From Phycisphaerae bacterium (GTDB lineage: Bacteria > Planctomycetota > Phycisphaerae > Tepidisphaerales > Tepidisphaeraceae), in NCBI GenBank assembly GCA_025924315.1, contig JAICIO010000027.1:1-61750 (forward strand): a DNA stretch of 61,750 bases, in the 5' to 3' direction. Positions 57,728 through 61,750 of this stretch are shown here, in pieces. A model generated the notes under the pieces. The model was not told where the DNA came from. It did not search any database and saw nothing but the letters and a program-made list of their open reading frames with translations. Made by a program: the position numbers and the translations under genes. The stretch's first letter is position 1; every line of letters starts with the position of its first letter.

Positions 57728-58927
57728 ATGATCGATATCAATGTAATCCGCGCTCAGTTCGCGGACATTCACGCAGAAGCAGTAAAGTTCGCTGAAGACA
57801 ACAAAGAAAAAGAAGTGCCCGCCGAAGAGCAGGCAAAGCAGGAAGCGCGTTTCTCGCAGATGGACAAGCTCCAGAAGCAGCTAAACGACGCTGAAAAGCT
57901 TCTCGCCTACAAGTTCTCTAAAAACGAAGTCCAAGTTTCCGAAAAGAAGCCTGATCAGATCGCTTTCGAGAAGTCTGAAAACATCGAACCGAAGCAGTTC
58001 GATTTCGACAACGAAGATGATCGGAAATCTTTCGGTAAGGCGCTTGGACGTTGGGCAACTGACGGCGCTATGCCCGCCGAATTCTCGACCCTCACGACCG
58101 CGACGTCTTCGAGCGCATATCTTCCGAAGCAGGTAACCGGCGGCTCGACCATTGTCGCTGGTAACTCCATCCGTGAAGGTATGGCTGCTGTTGGCGCTAC
58201 TCCTGTTTCGCTCGGTAGCACTGCCGATTGGAATGAAATCGTCATCCTTCCTGCTGCTGGTTCTGACCTCACGGAAGGTAACGATAGCGGTGGCGAAAAT
58301 AACAGCGATGGTTCGGCTGCTTTCTCCAAGATCAATCTGAAGTGCTACGGCGAGAAGTCGGGGCAGATTTGGATTTCGAATATGGAATCTCGGGCCGTCA
58401 ACATCAACCTGCTCGATAGAACCGTTCCGGCGCTTCAGGGTGCTAAGGAACTTCGCCTCGAAACCAAAGTTCTGTCGGCAATGGCTGCTGACGGCGGGAT
58501 CACGCGAGTGACTCAAACCACGGGCGACGTATACGCCGACTTGAGCGCGCTCAACAACTCTCTGCCGAAAGCATTCGACCGACAGAAGTTCATCGTTTTG
58601 AACTCTGAGTATTATGCGGATGCTGTCGCATTCCGTGGTGCAGACGGTCACCCTGTTCTGATCACCGATCCTCAGAATCAAACGCTGGTTCGCTTCAATG
58701 GAACGCCGGTCATTAAGACTGACGCTCTAAGCGGCGAAGGGAGCAATAACATCGTTGGACTCTTGATCTCTTGCGTTGGGTTCCGCCTTCGCGATGAAGA
58801 TCCTGTCGAAGTTATTCGTTACCCGAACGATCCAGCTCATACGGGCGACACCGGTTTGGATCTAGTTGCTTACCACTCGCACGGCTACCTGCCGCAGTCG
58901 GTGGCTAAGCTCGAATTCGAATCGTAA
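57728..58927 (+). CDS. phage major capsid protein, HK97-like fold, with N-terminal coiled-coil delta-like domain
   Basis: N-terminal coiled coil of about 100 aa. Core blocks INLKCYGEKSGQIWISNMESRAVNINLLD and ELRLETKVLSAMAADGG match the HK97-family pattern. Strong terminator downstream. Confidence 0.6.
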   Translation: MIDINVIRAQFADIHAEAVKFAEDNKEKEVPAEEQAKQEARFSQMDKLQKQLNDAEKLLAYKFSKNEVQVSEKKPDQIAFEKSENIEPKQFDFDNEDDRKSFGKALGRWATDGAMPAEFSTLTTATSSSAYLPKQVTGGSTIVAGNSIREGMAAVGATPVSLGSTADWNEIVILPAAGSDLTEGNDSGGENNSDGSAAFSKINLKCYGEKSGQIWISNMESRAVNINLLDRTVPALQGAKELRLETKVLSAMAADGGITRVTQTTGDVYADLSALNNSLPKAFDRQKFIVLNSEYYADAVAFRGADGHPVLITDPQNQTLVRFNGTPVIKTDALSGEGSNNIVGLLISCVGFRLRDEDPVEVIRYPNDPAHTGDTGLDLVAYHSHGYLPQSVAKLEFES

Positions 58928-58943
58928 TTAAAACGGATGTAGT

Positions 58944-58981
58944 CCCCGCGCGGTGTACCCCATCGCGCGGGGATTCTTTTT
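58944..58981 (+). terminator. intrinsic terminator after the capsid gene
   Basis: ccccgcgcg-N11-cgcgcgggg followed by ATTCTTTTT. Confidence 0.55.
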
Positions 58982-58986
58982 CAACG

Positions 58987-59478
58987 ATGAGATGGGAAAA
59001 GACAACACGACCCGCTTCGCTTTTCGCTTGGAAGGATTTCAAGCCGCATGTTCGCGTTGACTCCGACGAAGAGCGAACTCTGGTGGAGAATGTCTACGTT
59101 CCTGCCGCAACTGCACGAGCTGAAGAGCTGCTGCAAATGTCGCTGATGGAGCGGCAGATAACCGCCACGTTCTGGCGAGAAGACCTGATGCATTCGAACT
59201 ATATCTATCACCAGCATCTTTACGTTCGGCTTCCTCGCGGGCCTGTCGTAGATGCTTCAAAGATTGCGAGCGTAGTCGATTCGGAAAATACATCCCTCGA
59301 ACACGAACTGTATCGCGTCGGGAATTCAGACCGAATTCGTTTGATATCGCATACGACGCATTACCCGATCGCAGAATCGCCACGATGTTCCCGGCGAGCA
59401 CTTCATGCAGAACGCCTTCGAAGCGAAAGCAGAAGAGGCAAAGGATGTCATCATTCAACAACTGAAACAGGGAATTGA
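58987..59478 (+). CDS. putative phage head-tail connector (gp6-like); 3-prime end ambiguous
   Basis: ERTLVENVYVPAATARAEELLQMSLMERQITATFWRED resembles gp6-like connectors. From about 59355 another frame reads a plausible helical C-terminus (EHFMQNAFEAKAEEAKDVIIQQLKQGIERELQR) ending 1 nt before the next gene. Confidence 0.35.
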   Translation: MRWEKTTRPASLFAWKDFKPHVRVDSDEERTLVENVYVPAATARAEELLQMSLMERQITATFWREDLMHSNYIYHQHLYVRLPRGPVVDASKIASVVDSENTSLEHELYRVGNSDRIRLISHTTHYPIAESPRCSRRALHAERLRSESRRGKGCHHSTTETGN

Positions 59479-59497
59479 GCGGGAGCTGCAGCGATAA

Positions 59498-59896
59498 ATG
59501 CCAGAGATCGAAGCGATCATCTTTCGTCGCCTCAACAGCAACTCCGAACTTCGTGCGGAAGTGAAGGGAAACATTTTCCCTGAGTACCGCGAAGATCGGA
59601 TACCGGCTCTTTGCATCGACATGACGATTCTGGATTCTGAAGAGGGTTATGAAGGAACCGGACTGGTTCAGTATGAACTAACTATTAGCGTTTTCGCGCA
59701 GGACTACCCGACTGCGGCAGAGATCGGCGGACTTGTTGTCAACGATTTACACCGCGCGAGCTGGGTCGATGGGAGCTACGTCATTGACGGCGCTTACTAC
59801 AAAGACCGCGACGGTGGGGTGAAGCCTGTTGTTAATGCTCGCGACGATGCCGGAGCGATTGATCTTCGTTTCGATGTTGTCGTGAAAATGACTTAG
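59498..59896 (+). CDS. putative phage tail-completion / DUF3168-like protein
   Basis: 132 aa. MPEIEAIIFRRLNSNSELRAEVKGNIFPEY...IPALCIDMT pattern, plus position after the connector. Confidence 0.3.
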   Translation: MPEIEAIIFRRLNSNSELRAEVKGNIFPEYREDRIPALCIDMTILDSEEGYEGTGLVQYELTISVFAQDYPTAAEIGGLVVNDLHRASWVDGSYVIDGAYYKDRDGGVKPVVNARDDAGAIDLRFDVVVKMT

Positions 59897-59909
59897 GAGT
59901 TTCGAGAAA

Positions 59910-60161
59910 ATGACAGAAGCAATGGGCGGAAAGAATACGAAGATCGGCTTTTCAGACAATGCCGATGGCCCGTTTACATACTTAGCGGAAGCGTTGGATC
60001 TGCCGTTTCCAGAAGCAAAGGGCGATCACTTCGTTGCCACGAATTACGACAGTGGCGATGCAGAAGAAAAAGTAGACACGGGGTTCGTCGATATCTCGGA
60101 CTACAACTTTTCCATCATCTACACGGATGACAAGGCCGGATGGAACTTTCAGCGCCGGTGA
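59910..60161 (+). CDS. hypothetical protein, possibly the N-terminal part of the downstream Cys-rich gene
   Basis: Frame 0. Protein-like to its stop at 60161. Overlaps the frame-1 ORF by 35 nt. Confidence 0.3.
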   Translation: MTEAMGGKNTKIGFSDNADGPFTYLAEALDLPFPEAKGDHFVATNYDSGDAEEKVDTGFVDISDYNFSIIYTDDKAGWNFQRR

Positions 60162-60543
60162 TTGTTGCTGCGATGAAACTCCTACGACACTTCCATGCCA
60201 GGGCTGCGGTCCGGTCACTGTTGACGAGTTCGGACATGAGAACGGATTTCTTTGCACGCAGCCGTGTTGCATTCAAGTAACGTTCGAAGGCTGGACACCT
60301 GTTACTCACGCCTATCTCTGCGGCGATCCCGGAACGCAAGCACCGCAACCCGGCGCAACGATCAACGGCACTTACATACTTCGGCAGTCGCTCGGCTGCG
60401 GATACGCCGGGCGATTCTGCAAAGTCGGTTTGCCGTTTCCCTACCCCGATGGAATGGGCGGTTATCTCTCCGGACTACTCCATGCCCGTTTGGCGATGCG
60501 TGGGAGCTCGTCAGCAATACCGGCAACTGCACCGCGCCTGTAA
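60127..60543 (+). CDS. Cys-rich protein segment (frame 1)
   Basis: GDCCCDETPTTLPCQGCGPV...CTQPCCIQV...CGYAGRFC. Frame 1 is open upstream to 60076. Confidence 0.4.
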   Translation: MTRPDGTFSAGDCCCDETPTTLPCQGCGPVTVDEFGHENGFLCTQPCCIQVTFEGWTPVTHAYLCGDPGTQAPQPGATINGTYILRQSLGCGYAGRFCKVGLPFPYPDGMGGYLSGLLHARLAMRGSSSAIPATAPRL

Positions 60544-61750
60544 CGCTTACCGTTCGTTGTCAGACTTCAAATGACACCGGCAACCCCTGCGATGGTTTTC
60601 ATTGCGGCCCGTGCTGCTGTCGCATTGCTCTTTCTTTTTCTTGGTCTGATCCAGCTTGCACCCCTGTTGTCAATCTTGAGCTCGCGAAAGGATTCAACGG
60701 CGCTTATCCGGAATGCACTTGGAGCAGTAACGGAAATCTAGGCGTTGAAGATTCGATCAACACCGAAGGCGCGCTGTCGTGCGGTACGGAAAACGGTGGG
60801 GAATGGGTTCTAACGATCCATGTTCCCGCAACTGACATTTGCGTTAATCGCTTCGGTGGTCACGGCGGTTTTCTCATTCTGACTTCGCCGAAGTCCGGCC
60901 CTTGCCCGTCAACAGATCCCGCAGACTGGACGATTGAACAAAACGATTGGCTAGACACGCCGACATTTCAGATGTCGTGCGACAACTGCCCGGACTGTTC
61001 CGCTTGTTGCGCGCAATACATCGCTGCCGTCAGTGGAGCTTCTGACAGTTCGCTAAATGCTGCTGGCGTCGAAGTTCAATCCAGCGGATGCAACTGGAGC
61101 TACACCGGCAGCGCATTTCTCGACACGCTCGAATGCGACCCAATCAACAATCAATGGAAGTTCACGCGCTATCGACTACCAGACGAAAAGAAGATCGTTT
61201 TCACCGCTTCGTTCTCCGGCGCTTCATGCCCCGAAGATGCAACGTGGTCAGTTGATACGAACGAAATCGGCGGATCGCCTACGGTCACGATTCTCTGCGC
61301 CGATACGCCTTGCTCGGGCGATTGCTCGTCATGCTGCAATAACCTTTCTGTTGTCGTAGCGAATACAGGAACAGATTCGTGGGGCATTACGGGAACGTAT
61401 GCCTTTACGCGAGACGCGGACGCCTGCACTTACACCGCAACTGGCGGAACGATTACTTGCAATGATGGCGTTGCGAAGCTATCGCTTGTCGGATGCGGAA
61501 CCGGTTGCACCTACAACTTTATTACGCCTTCTGACGGCGGATGCATTCCGCTCGATGCGACTTGGTATTTCAAAGATAAAACGGATACGGGCGGCTGCGG
61601 TGGGTGCGATGATCCAGCGTCCTCTTATACGTTCGATTTCTCCTGTTCGGATTCGCCCGATGATCCTACCTGCGCCCTCTGCTGCGATGTTTACCGATTC
61701 TCGTTAGCCGATCGTGAACTCGATGTTGATTACAAGCGCAACTCCGAACA
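60468..61750 (+). CDS. Cys-rich protein, long ORF without ATG in frame 0, continues past the window end
   Basis: Uninterrupted for more than 427 codons. Recurring CC motifs: CGPCCCRIAL, CDNCPDCSACCAQ, CSGDCSSCCNN, CALCCDV. Many Thr/Gly/Asp residues. Not in the ORF track because it lacks an ATG. Confidence 0.4.

Overview
High-GC (~60%+) bacterial chromosomal window of about 61.7 kb. The gene content (LL-diaminopimelate aminotransferase DapL, two formylglycine-type sulfatases, a BNR sialidase, many lipoprotein and membrane genes) suggests a PVC-superphylum organism (Verrucomicrobia/Planctomycetes-like). This placement is an inference, not a database result.

Layout of the window:
- 1-90: C-terminal fragment of an IS3-family transposase, cut by the window edge.
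- 0.2-17.7 kb: housekeeping and accessory genes. These include an esterase, a transglutaminase-like/TPR protein, an ABC exporter with a PDZ-like insert, a DegT aminotransferase, a sulfatase with HEAT repeats, a class-V aminotransferase, a two-component system, a GIY-YIG nuclease embedded in its own inverted repeats, and two DUF4241-like paralogs (one fused to an HU-like domain and frameshifted).
- 17.9-25.8 kb: an expanded heat-shock locus. Order is groEL1 (His-rich GGM tail, no groES), a small membrane ORF, a hypothetical, a DUF4160/DUF2442 toxin-antitoxin-like pair, groES-groEL2, dnaJ, grpE, an FmdB zinc ribbon and a yacG-like gene.
- 25.9-34.9 kb: membrane proteins, DapL, tRNA-Arg(TCG), a DapA-family aldolase next to a BNR sialidase, a DUF748-like protein and a lipoprotein truncated hemoglobin.
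- 35.0-38.3 kb: a tightly coupled three-gene operon: a zinc-ribbon kinase-like protein, a vWA (MIDAS) protein, and a divergent adenylosuccinate-synthetase (PurA)-like protein with overlapping TGATG. This is the best candidate for an undescribed system.
- 38.3-53.9 kb: dienelactone hydrolase, IorAB-type molybdopterin oxidoreductase, tandem nucleotidyltransferase paralogs (second frameshifted), PhnD-like binding protein, FAD oxidoreductase, nucleoside hydrolase, flotillin, and a second sulfatase.
- 54.0-61.75 kb: a lower-GC phage-derived head/tail module. It contains an S78-like prohead protease, an HK97-like major capsid protein, a gp6-like connector, a DUF3168-like protein, and an unusual Cys-rich gene whose reading frame switches 0 to 1 to 0 and runs off the window end.

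Small palindromic repeats are unusually dense. A ~75-bp perfect palindrome occurs 13 times. A GCACGGG...CCCGTGC hairpin occurs in pairs at four sites. Heptamer-array hairpins lie upstream of groEL2 and dapL. An AT-rich TTGTTCATT palindrome lies upstream of grpE.

Three genes show single-base frameshifts. This could reflect real pseudogenization or consensus sequence errors. Long antisense ORFs opposite groEL, the ABC exporter, the histidine kinase, the molybdopterin oxidoreductase large subunit (iorB-like) and flotillin are treated as high-GC artefacts.
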